Origin: Minisyncoccota bacterium
GTDB lineage: Bacteria > Patescibacteriota > Minisyncoccia > Phycocordibacterales > JACRKE01
DNA length: 64,000 nucleotides
Assembly: GCA_041660505.1 (NCBI GenBank)
Contig: JBAZWG010000001.1
Span: 609,768-673,767, forward strand
Reading direction: 5' to 3'
Shown here one piece after another: positions 18,423 through 27,504 of the stretch. A model generated the notes under the pieces. That model saw nothing but the letters and a program-made list of their open reading frames with translations. It was not told the DNA's origin and did not search any database. The position numbers were made by a program, and so were the translations under genes. Every line of letters begins with the position of its first letter. The first letter of the stretch is position 1.

Positions 18423-19184
18423 ATGTCGTATATCAAATCTTCACAAGAAATAGAGATTTTGCGAGAAGGCGGGCGGAGGCTCGCTCTTGTGCTTAAAGAG
18501 GTTGCAGCCGCAACGAAGGCCGGAGTGATGCCGAAAGAGCTTGATGCGCTTGCAGAGAAATTAATTCGTGCGGGCGGTGATGAGCCGGCATTTTTAAACT
18601 ATCAGCCCGACATGGCGCGCATACCATTCCCTGCGACATTATGTGTATCGGTAAACGACGCCGTTGTGCACGGTATTCCGGGCGAGACTCCGCTCGTGAA
18701 CGGCGACATCGTCGGTCTCGACCTCGGGCTCAAACACCGAGGGCTTTTTACCGATGCCGCGGTCACTGTCGCTATCGGTAAAATCAGTAAAGAAGCAAAA
18801 GAGCTTATGAAAATCACGCGTGAAGCATTAGAGCTCGGCATCAATGAAGCTAGAGCCGGCAATTACACTGGCGACATTGGCTACGTCATCGAACGTCATG
18901 TTGCACCGCATCACTATGGTATTGTGCGCGAACTATCGGGCCACGGTGTCGGCCATGAGATTCATGAAGAGCCGTACATTCCCAATTATGGCAAAAGGGG
19001 AGAAGGCATGAAATTAAAAGCGGGCATGGTCATTGCGATTGAGCCGATGATAAACCTTGGTAGTGGCGATATCCGACTTGCAAAAGACAAATTCACCTAC
19101 GCGACCAAAGACGGTTCTCTCTCCGCCCACTTCGAGCACACGCTGGTCATCACCGACGGCGCACCCGAAGTTCTCACGCGTTAA
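18423..19184 (+). CDS. map: methionine aminopeptidase type I
   Basis: Pita-bread fold metal ligands at VHGIP, GDIVGLD, HGVGHEIHE and IEPM; 253 aa. Confidence 0.9.
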   Translation: MSYIKSSQEIEILREGGRRLALVLKEVAAATKAGVMPKELDALAEKLIRAGGDEPAFLNYQPDMARIPFPATLCVSVNDAVVHGIPGETPLVNGDIVGLDLGLKHRGLFTDAAVTVAIGKISKEAKELMKITREALELGINEARAGNYTGDIGYVIERHVAPHHYGIVRELSGHGVGHEIHEEPYIPNYGKRGEGMKLKAGMVIAIEPMINLGSGDIRLAKDKFTYATKDGSLSAHFEHTLVITDGAPEVLTR

Positions 19185-19205
19185 AATTCCCGAGGCCTCG
19201 GGGAA

Positions 19206-21512
19206 CTATAATGAACCGCCGCCGGAATCTGACGTTGGGTCGAAGTATTCGTATTCGGCTGTGGCGGTGCTGGTGCCGACTGCATTGGCCATATAGCCAC
19301 GTACCCAATACTCCACATCTACCGGATGTGTGAAGTCTATATACTGCCAGTCATCGGCGGGGTCTCCCCATATTGGCTCGGTTGCAAGCGGGAGAAAGGT
19401 TGGTCCATTAGGCCCCTCTGTGCTGTATCTAAGTTCCGCATAAGTGAGAGGATTACTACCGATTTCTGGCGACGCGAAGAGTCTATCGCCACGATGCATA
19501 ATCCCGGCATCGTCTTCGTAAGAGAAATAATAAATATCTGTAGGGGCGTTAGGGACTACACCGGGTATCATTGCGATCACATTGGACGCGGTACTCGTCC
19601 CGGCGTTGTTTATTGCGAAAACTTTGAACGAATATTGCGTGCCGTTCGCGAGTTCGGTTATGAGATAACCTGTTGTGGTGCCTGTGCCGTCAACAAGAAT
19701 GTCATCATTGCTCGTGAACCCATCTGTGCTCTTGTGAATTTCGTAATCCGTTAATTCTCCGCCGTCATCCGCTGGTGCTGACCAAGCGAGCGAAGCGCTT
19801 GCGTTGCCCCGTGTGGCGGTTAAACTTTGCGGCGCGCTTGGTGCGACTATCGGGCTTACCGGTGTTGCTGTCACAATGTCTGACGCCGAGCTCGTGCCCG
19901 CGCGATTGATAGCAAAAATTTTGAAATAATAAGCCGTACTATTTGTGAGCCCGGCGACGAGCGTACTTGTGGCGATACTGACACCGTCATCAAGTGTTGT
20001 ATCCGTTTCAGAAAAATTATCGGTGCTCTCGTGAATTTCGTAATCGGTAATCGGAGCATCGGTAACTTCAGTCGGAGAGAGCCATGAGAGTAATACAGTC
20101 GCATCACCGGCAACAGCGAGCGGCGAGAGCGGCGCGCTAGACGTTGCATATGTCGGATCCGGTTCGGGTTCGGGCTCTGATGGCGGAGGTTTAACCTCCG
20201 CAATAGGGACGCCGGTACCGCCACCGCCGAAACCGGGCGAGAGAATTTGAAATACGCTCGTTATCGAGGCTGTCGGTTTTGGCAATTCTGCTTTCGGCGC
20301 CTCTGTCTTCACGGCAGGAGGTGCCGGTTCCACCGGCTTTTTCGGCATCGCACGTAACTCTGCGTGCTGTTCGCGCAGACCGATCGCGCGGTCTTGCAGA
20401 CTTTGTATCTGGCGCACGAGAGCGTCGGTTTCTGCTTGAGTCAGTGTGCGCGGCGGTTGCGGGGCGGGTGCTACTTGGACGATAGCTTTCGGCGTCAGAC
20501 CCGTCACGAACATCGTTTCTTTATGCGGTATAGGAATAATGATAGGCGTCGGTTTGCCGAGTATCGCGATAGTGAAGGCGGAAGCAACTGTGTAGAGCGC
20601 CCCGCCAACCCCCTTTGCTATTGCCGATGTTGTGGTTATTACTGCATTCGCGCTGTCACCGACGGTCTTCATGCCTAAGTTGGCCAGAGGGTCCGCGACA
20701 ACGAAAACGAGGCTCTGGACTTTATGCACGAGCGAGAGTTCCGGTGGGTCGATGCACTTTTTGTCTGGTGCTTGCACATCGTTCGGCTTTAATTTATCCA
20801 AGGACTTCTGAATGGCCGAGACGATTTCTGCTCCGCGATATTTGAGATAGACAGTGGCGAAGCCGTGGCCGGTCTCGTCCCTCTCAAACTCGAGATCGAT
20901 GTGCGTGTTGGGCGCCATTATAGTACGTGAAAGGGTAGAATTGACGATGCCTGCGATGACTTTATCGGTGTCGGAGGTGAGCCATTGCCCTCCGCCGGCT
21001 ACGCGGGATGACGGCGTGGCAACACTGTACACGCCAATGGACTGTGGCGGAACATCCGGCCCCTCCCCAGCCCTCCCCGAAGGAGAGGGAGATGATGCCG
21101 TAACTTTGTCATAAAAGCTGTTGGCATAAAAATTGCCCTGTGAATGGGCAACGAGGAGGAGCTTTTGCGTTGTTACTTTCTGACTCGCGGAGTTCAGTAT
21201 CTCCGTCAAGTCATAATCGCTCACGACCTCGTCGTCAAAGTACTTCTGATTTGCGGCATCCAAAATATCCTTAACCCCGGCAAGGTTGGTGTCGTTGAGG
21301 AGATATTGATAATCCAGACGTTCGTTTTTATAAGAAAGACCTAGAGTATCCCTAAGTGCTTTCATGTTTACTCTAGCTCCAGCGTCGTCTGTAAAAACAC
21401 CGTTGACGGTTGCTACAGTGTATCCATCTTTCGTGCATTGGGTAACTACCGAGGCAAGAACAAAATTTGGTAGTAAACAGATACCTAAGATTAAGCCTGT
21501 TTTAACATTCAT
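19206..21512 (-). CDS. secreted alpha/beta-hydrolase (lipase/esterase-like) with two C-terminal fibronectin type III domains
   Basis: Signal peptide MNVKTGLILGICLL; nucleophile elbow LLLVAHSQGNF (GxSxG type); two Fn3-like repeats (LxWSAPADDGGELTDYEIH...YSFKVFAIN); start set at the internal Met with the signal peptide. Confidence 0.6.
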   Translation of the reverse strand: MNVKTGLILGICLLPNFVLASVVTQCTKDGYTVATVNGVFTDDAGARVNMKALRDTLGLSYKNERLDYQYLLNDTNLAGVKDILDAANQKYFDDEVVSDYDLTEILNSASQKVTTQKLLLVAHSQGNFYANSFYDKVTASSPSPSGRAGEGPDVPPQSIGVYSVATPSSRVAGGGQWLTSDTDKVIAGIVNSTLSRTIMAPNTHIDLEFERDETGHGFATVYLKYRGAEIVSAIQKSLDKLKPNDVQAPDKKCIDPPELSLVHKVQSLVFVVADPLANLGMKTVGDSANAVITTTSAIAKGVGGALYTVASAFTIAILGKPTPIIIPIPHKETMFVTGLTPKAIVQVAPAPQPPRTLTQAETDALVRQIQSLQDRAIGLREQHAELRAMPKKPVEPAPPAVKTEAPKAELPKPTASITSVFQILSPGFGGGGTGVPIAEVKPPPSEPEPEPDPTYATSSAPLSPLAVAGDATVLLSWLSPTEVTDAPITDYEIHESTDNFSETDTTLDDGVSIATSTLVAGLTNSTAYYFKIFAINRAGTSSASDIVTATPVSPIVAPSAPQSLTATRGNASASLAWSAPADDGGELTDYEIHKSTDGFTSNDDILVDGTGTTTGYLITELANGTQYSFKVFAINNAGTSTASNVIAMIPGVVPNAPTDIYYFSYEDDAGIMHRGDRLFASPEIGSNPLTYAELRYSTEGPNGPTFLPLATEPIWGDPADDWQYIDFTHPVDVEYWVRGYMANAVGTSTATAEYEYFDPTSDSGGGSL
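21061..21092. repeat. GC-rich palindromic element copy, in-frame in the minus-strand hydrolase gene
   Basis: CCCTCCCCAGCCCTCCCCGAAGGAGAGGGA; its reverse-complement reading frame gives SPSPSGRAGEGP in the protein. Confidence 0.75.
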
Positions 21513-21513
21513 T

Positions 21514-22122
21514 TTAGTTAGGCAGTGTGGTTGGTTGTATGTCACACCCACCGTCAGATGGCCCCCCGCTTTGTAAATTATTGTTGATAAGGTCTTTAAG
21601 ATATTTAGTTCTTGCTGTTGAGTTAAGCTGAAGTTTTTCAACAAAGCTTCTGTATTTATTTACATCAGCAATAAATTTTGTCATATCGGATCGCGAACTA
21701 AGACTCCACAAACATACATCTGCGTGGCCTTCTAAATCCTCAATTGTCGCCGAAACTGTTCCTCCGTTCACAAGCTGTAGCGTCATTTCGGTTTGTAATG
21801 CTAAGGCATACTGAAGAAGTGGAGAACGTATCTTGGCACTATCGGGATAGGTTTGGAATATTGCCAGTTCGACGTCGTCGCGGATGCCGTTTTTGTTGGC
21901 GTCTACGCCAGCAATAGTTGCATCCGGCGAGGCGGGGACAGGCGGCAAATTTTTACCCATTACATCATTCAGTGTAAGCTTGGTCGCATGGATGCGCGCA
22001 ACTTGCACGGCTGTCTGCTTGGCTCGTTCGAGCACGTACATTCTGTAGAAGACCAACACCGCGAACAGCACAAAAATAACCGTCCCCGCTCGGGAAAGGT
22101 AAGTTGTAAGAGATTTTTTCAT
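21514..22122 (-). CDS. membrane-anchored hypothetical protein
   Basis: N-terminal TM helix; ORF abuts the downstream hydrolase gene (operon). Confidence 0.5.
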   Translation of the reverse strand: MKKSLTTYLSRAGTVIFVLFAVLVFYRMYVLERAKQTAVQVARIHATKLTLNDVMGKNLPPVPASPDATIAGVDANKNGIRDDVELAIFQTYPDSAKIRSPLLQYALALQTEMTLQLVNGGTVSATIEDLEGHADVCLWSLSSRSDMTKFIADVNKYRSFVEKLQLNSTARTKYLKDLINNNLQSGGPSDGGCDIQPTTLPN

Positions 22123-22169
22123 TTGCCGACACTATATACCTTTCATTCGATTTGCGCCACATTTTTATG

Positions 22170-22550
22170 CACCATAAAAGAGAACAAGCCCCGGAGTCTT
22201 GGGAGACTGGGGGCTTGTTCAGGTTGACGACGAATCTGATCATTCCAAGTTGGAGTGTCACCCGCCGAAGAGAAGAGAGAAGGCTTGCTAGCGTTCCTCC
22301 TCCTGTTTGCAGGCAGTGTTCTCGCTCTAACCGGTCGTTTCAAGTGCCAAGAACGACCGGGCTCACGTGTCGCCATGACGGGCGATTACACTGTTGACAC
22401 TAGAACTCGGCCAGCAACCATCCTATTCTACTTCCGACCGCAATGGCTCGCTCAACGAGCACGCGCGGCGGTGGGGAGGGTGTTTTTTGCTGGTCTTATG
22501 ACCATGCCCTGTTACGGGCAGATTCGTCTATTTCCTGAAAGAACGTAACC
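22170..22550 (-). ncRNA. candidate structured ncRNA (about 380 nt, unidentified)
   Basis: Minus-strand promoter-like TTTGAC-N16-TATAAT at about 22558-22585; minus-strand intrinsic terminator (11-bp GC stem 22182-22220 plus TCTCTTTT); 10-bp long-range closing helix GACGAAUCUG/CAGAUUCGUC; several internal hairpins; no credible ORF; a 530-bp non-coding gap in an otherwise compact region. Confidence 0.35.
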
Positions 22551-22595
22551 CGAAGATATTATACCCAAATTAACGTTCGGTCAAATCGCTTTTTG

Positions 22596-22606
22596 TGCTA
22601 TTATAT
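22596..22606 (+). promoter_or_regulatory. extended -10 element gTGcTATTAT for the downstream plus-strand operon
   Basis: Same TGcTATTAT motif as the promoters at 7111 and 12238. Confidence 0.35.
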
Positions 22607-22854
22607 CCCCAGAATTTATTTATATATTAAGTACAAGTAATAATAAGAATAATATGTCAGAAGAAAATATGCCGGAGCCGGAGTTGGAGATAGTGCCGGA
22701 GCCCGAAAAAACACAAGTCCCTGCGCCCGTTATCTTCCCGGACATAGTGCCCAAAACAGACGAGCCGGAAAAGCCGACGATACACTAAATATTCTTAGCC
22801 TCGTTGTCCACTGTTTTATTTTGCGCGGCATACTCGGCGTTATATAATACAGGG

Positions 22855-23214
22855 ATGGAAGGCTCACCGAAGCTCTATAAAGAGTCGCGCCCGTGGGGGA
22901 ACTTCGAACGCTTCACCCTGAACGAACCGACGACAGTCAAGATAATCACGGTTAACCCCGATGAGGCCTTTAGTTTGCAAACACATGATCATCGCAACGA
23001 ATTCTGGCGCGTGCTTAATGGCTCCGGCTTGGTGCAGATAGGGGAGGCGGAGCATGAGGCGCAGGAAGGCGATTCTTTCCTCATCAAGGCGCACGAGAAG
23101 CACCGCGCAACGGCCGGTACGAACGGGCTGGTTATGCTGGAAATTGCCTTCGGCGAGTTCGATGAAAAAGATCTTACTCGAATAGAAGATCGTTATGGGC
23201 GCGCTCAACAATAA
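22855..23214 (+). CDS. cupin-fold protein, mannose-6-phosphate isomerase type II (ManC C-terminal) like
   Basis: WGNFERF...VKIITVNPDEAFSLQTHDHRNEFWRVLNGSG...EGDSFLI...HEKHR cupin motifs with His ligands. Confidence 0.62.
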   Translation: MEGSPKLYKESRPWGNFERFTLNEPTTVKIITVNPDEAFSLQTHDHRNEFWRVLNGSGLVQIGEAEHEAQEGDSFLIKAHEKHRATAGTNGLVMLEIAFGEFDEKDLTRIEDRYGRAQQ

Positions 23215-24316
23215 TCCTAATAATTTTTGGCCGGTCGTTTTATTCTTCCTCGCGATATTCGCCTTAGCCTTTTTCTATCATTGGCTCACACGCAAGAAAA
23301 TTTCGGCGCCGGTCATACTCCTTCGCTTGCCCGAGAATCCCATCCTCTCGCCCGTCAAAGAACATTGGTGGGAGTCAGAGGCGGTCTTCAATCCCGCAGC
23401 GTTCGTGGATGACGGCAAAGTACACCTCTTCTATCGCGCCTTGGGCCGTGATGGCATTTCGCGCATTGGCTACGCCTGGAGTACGGACGGCTTGCACTTC
23501 GAGCGTTTGTCATACCCCGTATTCTCTGCCGAGAACGTGCAGGAAGTGAAGAGCCACTTCCCCTACACCTCGCCGGTGCGCTTGTCCTATGACACGGTCA
23601 ACAATCCATCCGGTGGCGGCTGGGGAGGCTTAGAAGACCCGCGGGCTATAAAGATTGACGGCCGTATTTACCTTACCTTCAACGCTTTCAACGGCTGGGA
23701 GTCGATGCGCGTCGGCTTGACCTCGATAAGCGAAGAAGATTTTAAAAATAAGAATTGGAACTGGCGCAAGTTCGTCTACCTTACCGACGAACGCAACAAG
23801 AATTGGATGTTCTTCCCCGATAAAATTAACGACAAGTTCGCGCTCCTCCACAGTATCTACAGCGAGAATGGCGAACGCGTCCAGATTAAATATCTTGATA
23901 GCTTGCATATTCACGGCCCGCTCCAGAATCTCAAGTCCGCCGACCCGCACAGGCTTAAGGACCAGAAGATAGCCTGGCACTATCGCATCCGCAGTGCCGG
24001 CACGCCGCCGTTGCGCACCAAGTACGGCTGGCTGGTCTTGTACCACGCAATGGATCCGAATGAGCCGAGCCGGTACAAAGTCGGCGCCCTGCTCCTCGAC
24101 CTCGCTTCGCCCACCAAGGTCATCGCGCGGAGCGACCATCCTATCCTCGAGCCGGACATGTGGTACGAGAACGATTGGAAGCCGGGGATAGTCTACGCCT
24201 CCGGTGCTGTAGTTCTCGGTGAAGATCTCATGGTCTACTACGGCGGCGGTGACAAATATGTCGCCGGCGCAAAAGTGAATTTGGAGTTGCTTATCAAGAG
24301 CCTAATGCGACAGTAG
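23195..24316 (+). CDS. GH130-family glycoside phosphorylase-like protein (DUF377), N-terminal TM anchor
   Basis: NPA..YRALG.DG.SRIGYA.S.DG motif and C-terminal VYYGGGD; five-bladed propeller family signature. Confidence 0.68.
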   Translation: MGALNNNPNNFWPVVLFFLAIFALAFFYHWLTRKKISAPVILLRLPENPILSPVKEHWWESEAVFNPAAFVDDGKVHLFYRALGRDGISRIGYAWSTDGLHFERLSYPVFSAENVQEVKSHFPYTSPVRLSYDTVNNPSGGGWGGLEDPRAIKIDGRIYLTFNAFNGWESMRVGLTSISEEDFKNKNWNWRKFVYLTDERNKNWMFFPDKINDKFALLHSIYSENGERVQIKYLDSLHIHGPLQNLKSADPHRLKDQKIAWHYRIRSAGTPPLRTKYGWLVLYHAMDPNEPSRYKVGALLLDLASPTKVIARSDHPILEPDMWYENDWKPGIVYASGAVVLGEDLMVYYGGGDKYVAGAKVNLELLIKSLMRQ

Positions 24317-24380
24317 TTCTCGCCTAGGCCGGTCTGTCATACGGCGGCCTTTTTTGCTATACTGTCGTCGTCAGAATTAT

Positions 24381-25154
24381 ATGAAAAAGTGGGAAATAGT
24401 CGTGGAAAAGTTTCTTGATGAATGGCGGGACAAGCCGGAGGTTTTAGGCGCTATTGTCGGAGGCAGTCATGCGGTGGGGAATGAGACGGACCTTTCGGAC
24501 ATTGATCTTCAGGTGGTTTTGAAAAACGATATTCCGTGGAGAGACCGAGGGCTTACATGCATCGATGGAATTATTATTGAATATTTCCTTGTACCTATAG
24601 GAAACTATAAAATCTATTCCGAGCAGGGAATCAACAGAGACCAGATCAAAGTAGATGCCAGAATATTTTCGACCGGAAAGGTTGTATTAGACAAAGACGG
24701 CAGTATGGCAGAACTGGTCAAAGAAGCTTATGAGAAATTGAAGAAAGAATTTCCCGTCTATCCGGACGAGGCAAAAGCCTTGATGCAAAAACACCTTTGG
24801 GACACGCATGATCATTTGGAAGAATACACTAAATATCCCTCACCGATGTTCGGTATCCTATACGGCATTTTACTGAATGATATTCTAGAATTCTACGCGC
24901 GAGTTACTCGCACGGAAAGATTGCCTTTAGAAAGAGCCCATAAATTGATTACAAATGAAGTCTATAGAGAAAGATATGGATTCCCAAGAGTATCAGACAA
25001 AAAATTCGAGACACTTCTACTGTCGGCGATAGAAAAGCAAGATTTCGCAAATATTGATGCGCTCTATACCTATGCCCAAGAACTCGGTGGGGGCTTCGAC
25101 CAGTGTAATTGGTATTTAAGACGGAAATCACTGGTGCAAGTGGTGAATAAATAA
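24381..25154 (+). CDS. Pol-beta-type nucleotidyltransferase domain protein (ANT/KNTase-like fold)
   Basis: LGAIVGGSHAVGNETDLSDIDLQVV is the GS...D.D nucleotidyltransferase motif. Confidence 0.58.
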   Translation: MKKWEIVVEKFLDEWRDKPEVLGAIVGGSHAVGNETDLSDIDLQVVLKNDIPWRDRGLTCIDGIIIEYFLVPIGNYKIYSEQGINRDQIKVDARIFSTGKVVLDKDGSMAELVKEAYEKLKKEFPVYPDEAKALMQKHLWDTHDHLEEYTKYPSPMFGILYGILLNDILEFYARVTRTERLPLERAHKLITNEVYRERYGFPRVSDKKFETLLLSAIEKQDFANIDALYTYAQELGGGFDQCNWYLRRKSLVQVVNK

Positions 25155-25176
25155 TAATGATTGATATTGCGCCGGA

Positions 25177-26112
25177 TTGCTAGTATTATGTCTGATATTC
25201 ATGTCTTGGTTACTCATTGCCCTTATTGGGCCTATACTCTACGCTGTCGCTAATCATATCGATAAGCATGTTATCGAGCGATACTTGAAGGGAGGGGTCG
25301 CAGGCGCACTTATAATATTTTCATCCCTCTTCAGTATCGTGGCGTTGCCGGTGCTTACTTACTTCGAGCCGTCGGTACTTGATGTTACTCTTTTGCAGGG
25401 GGTTTACCTTGCTCTGAACGGCATGCTCGTCGTGTTTGCCTTCCTCGCTTATTTCTACGCGCTCACTTATGATGAAGCATCATATGTTGTCCCATGGTAT
25501 CAGACCATACCGATCTTCGGATTCATTCTCGGCTATTTTATATTAGGCGAGAAAATTTCCCAGACTCAAGCTCTGGCGTCCGCATTCATTCTCGCCGGTG
25601 CAATAATTCTATCGCTCGACTTCGGCGGCAAAAAGATGCACTTTAAACGCGAGGTTGCTTTCCTTATGCTCGGCGCCTCGCTACTTTATGCAATCAATGG
25701 AGTTGTATTTAAAGTTATTGCAACCGACGCCGGTTTCTGGGTCAGCGTATTCTGGGGGCTCGTGGGCAAAGTTATCCTTGGCTTCGCCTTCCTCGCCTTC
25801 ATTCCCTCATATCGCAATCAATATTTATACTTGTTACGACATAGCGGTTTGACAGTACTGGGCTTTAATTCTTTAAGCGAATTTCTCTCGATGATTGCAG
25901 AAGCGGCCATGCAATATGTGACCCTGCTTGTACCCGTCGGGATAGCGCTTCTTGCCAACTCGTTCCAGCCATTCTTCGTTCTTATTATCGGTAGTCTCAT
26001 CGCATTCTTCTGGCCGAGCAAAGAGGCCGAATCGCTCCGAGCCGGCAAAATGACCCAAAAAGTTGTAGGCATAGCCATTATGGTCCTGGGGAGCTATCTG
26101 ATCGGGGTATAA
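25177..26112 (+). CDS. DMT/EamA-like multi-TM transporter
   Basis: About 10 predicted TM helices in a two-fold repeat architecture. Confidence 0.5.
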   Translation: MLVLCLIFMSWLLIALIGPILYAVANHIDKHVIERYLKGGVAGALIIFSSLFSIVALPVLTYFEPSVLDVTLLQGVYLALNGMLVVFAFLAYFYALTYDEASYVVPWYQTIPIFGFILGYFILGEKISQTQALASAFILAGAIILSLDFGGKKMHFKREVAFLMLGASLLYAINGVVFKVIATDAGFWVSVFWGLVGKVILGFAFLAFIPSYRNQYLYLLRHSGLTVLGFNSLSEFLSMIAEAAMQYVTLLVPVGIALLANSFQPFFVLIIGSLIAFFWPSKEAESLRAGKMTQKVVGIAIMVLGSYLIGV

Positions 26113-26160
26113 AAGATTTTATTTGCGATGATTTTTAAATCCTAGTATACTGTCCTCACT

Positions 26161-26550
26161 ATGCATTTTGGCGAACATCTGATGATTGACGGTTATGGTG
26201 GCGACACGGAACTTTTGAATTCCGAGGCACTCGTCCGTAAAATTCTGACAGAATTACCAGTGCAGTTAGGGATGCAAACTTTGGCGGCACCCGTAATAAT
26301 TTCTGCTCCCGACAACGATAAAAAAGACCCCGGTGGCTGGAGCGGCTTCGTCGTTATTGCCGAGAGTCATGTGAGTATTCATACTTTTCCCAAGCGCGGT
26401 TTCGTCAGTATCGATGTGTACACCTGTAGGAATGGACTCGATATTGAAACTATCAAAGCCTATTTCACCGGCTCATTCGCGCTCGCCGAACTCGAGACCA
26501 ACTTCGTCTTACGCGGTAAGAAGTATCCGCAACAAAACATTCATGCATGA
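26161..26550 (+). CDS. speH: S-adenosylmethionine decarboxylase proenzyme (small pyruvoyl type)
   Basis: Self-cleavage motif AESHVSIHTFPK...SIDVYTCRNG matches ESHxxIHTWPE...FTCG; 129 aa. Confidence 0.78.
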   Translation: MHFGEHLMIDGYGGDTELLNSEALVRKILTELPVQLGMQTLAAPVIISAPDNDKKDPGGWSGFVVIAESHVSIHTFPKRGFVSIDVYTCRNGLDIETIKAYFTGSFALAELETNFVLRGKKYPQQNIHA

Positions 26551-27479
26551 CAGAGCTTCCAGCCTTTCCCGAATTTAAGCAGATAGAGCTGGCAGACCGA
26601 TCGTCGGTAGAAAAACTGACAGAAAAATTTCCGCCATATTCAGACTTTCATTTCTCCAGTTTGTATTCTTGGGACATCAACAAAAAAATGGGATTATCCG
26701 TGCTGAACGGCAATCTGGTGGTTTTGTTCAATGATTATATTTCCGGAAGTTTTTTCCTGACATTTATTGGAGATTCAAAGATTTCTGAAACAGCCTCCAT
26801 ACTGCTAGATTTTTCAAAACAGAATGGTTATGAAAGCTCCCTAAAACTTATTCCCGAAGAAATGGCAAAAGTATTGTCGGAAACAGGATTCTCTGTAGAG
26901 CCCGATGCCGGAGCTCATGATTACATCTATTCGATTGAACGTCTCGCAAACATGGAAGAATGGAGTAAGAGCACACAAAAGAAGCAGATCAGAAAATTTA
27001 TGGATACGAACCCTCAGTACTCCGCTCGGATATTACCCACTAAGGAATTAGACAAACGAGAATACCTCGAACTTTTTAAACAATGGGCAACCAACAAAAA
27101 TCTCCTTGATCACACGGAGTTGAACGAGTATAAAGCCTTTAGCCGGCTTCTGGCCGAAAACAATGGCGATGTTGAAATGTTGTCTATATATAGCGACGAG
27201 TCGTGTAAAAAAATGATCGGATTTACATCGTTTGAAACGATATCCGATGACTACGCCATAGCGCATTTTTCTAAAGCCGATATTAAGCATCACGCCGCAA
27301 TTTACTGCGTTTTGATATGGGAAGAGGCGAAATATCTTCAGAAAAAGGGTATAAAGCACTACAATTGGGAACAGGACCTGGATATACCTGGACTACGCAC
27401 TTTCAAAATGTCCTACAAGCCGGAATTTTTCTTAAAGCAGTACACGGTGAGTTTACCTGTGTTGTCGTCACAATCGTAG
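26547..27479 (+). CDS. hypothetical 310-aa protein translationally coupled to speH; AT-rich; not spermidine synthase
   Basis: ATGA overlap with the speH stop; no SpeE GGGDGG motif. Confidence 0.55.
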   Translation: MTELPAFPEFKQIELADRSSVEKLTEKFPPYSDFHFSSLYSWDINKKMGLSVLNGNLVVLFNDYISGSFFLTFIGDSKISETASILLDFSKQNGYESSLKLIPEEMAKVLSETGFSVEPDAGAHDYIYSIERLANMEEWSKSTQKKQIRKFMDTNPQYSARILPTKELDKREYLELFKQWATNKNLLDHTELNEYKAFSRLLAENNGDVEMLSIYSDESCKKMIGFTSFETISDDYAIAHFSKADIKHHAAIYCVLIWEEAKYLQKKGIKHYNWEQDLDIPGLRTFKMSYKPEFFLKQYTVSLPVLSSQS

Positions 27480-27504
27480 CCAACCTCGTATTAAATAGCC
27501 CCAA

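Noticed and set aside
22143-22548. Small ORFs (77, 81, 97 aa) in the 22.1-22.6 kb gap
   Set aside because: They run through the terminator hairpin or promoter elements, lack RBS, and have Arg-rich low-complexity translations. The region is better explained as non-coding RNA.
22170-22550. Assigning the candidate ncRNA specifically as RNase P RNA or tmRNA
   Set aside because: Only partial resemblances were found (AGGAAA...AGGGCA; CGACA...CCCGG). There is no consistent P4 pairing, no tag ORF and no tRNA-like 3' end, so I report it only as an unidentified structured RNA.
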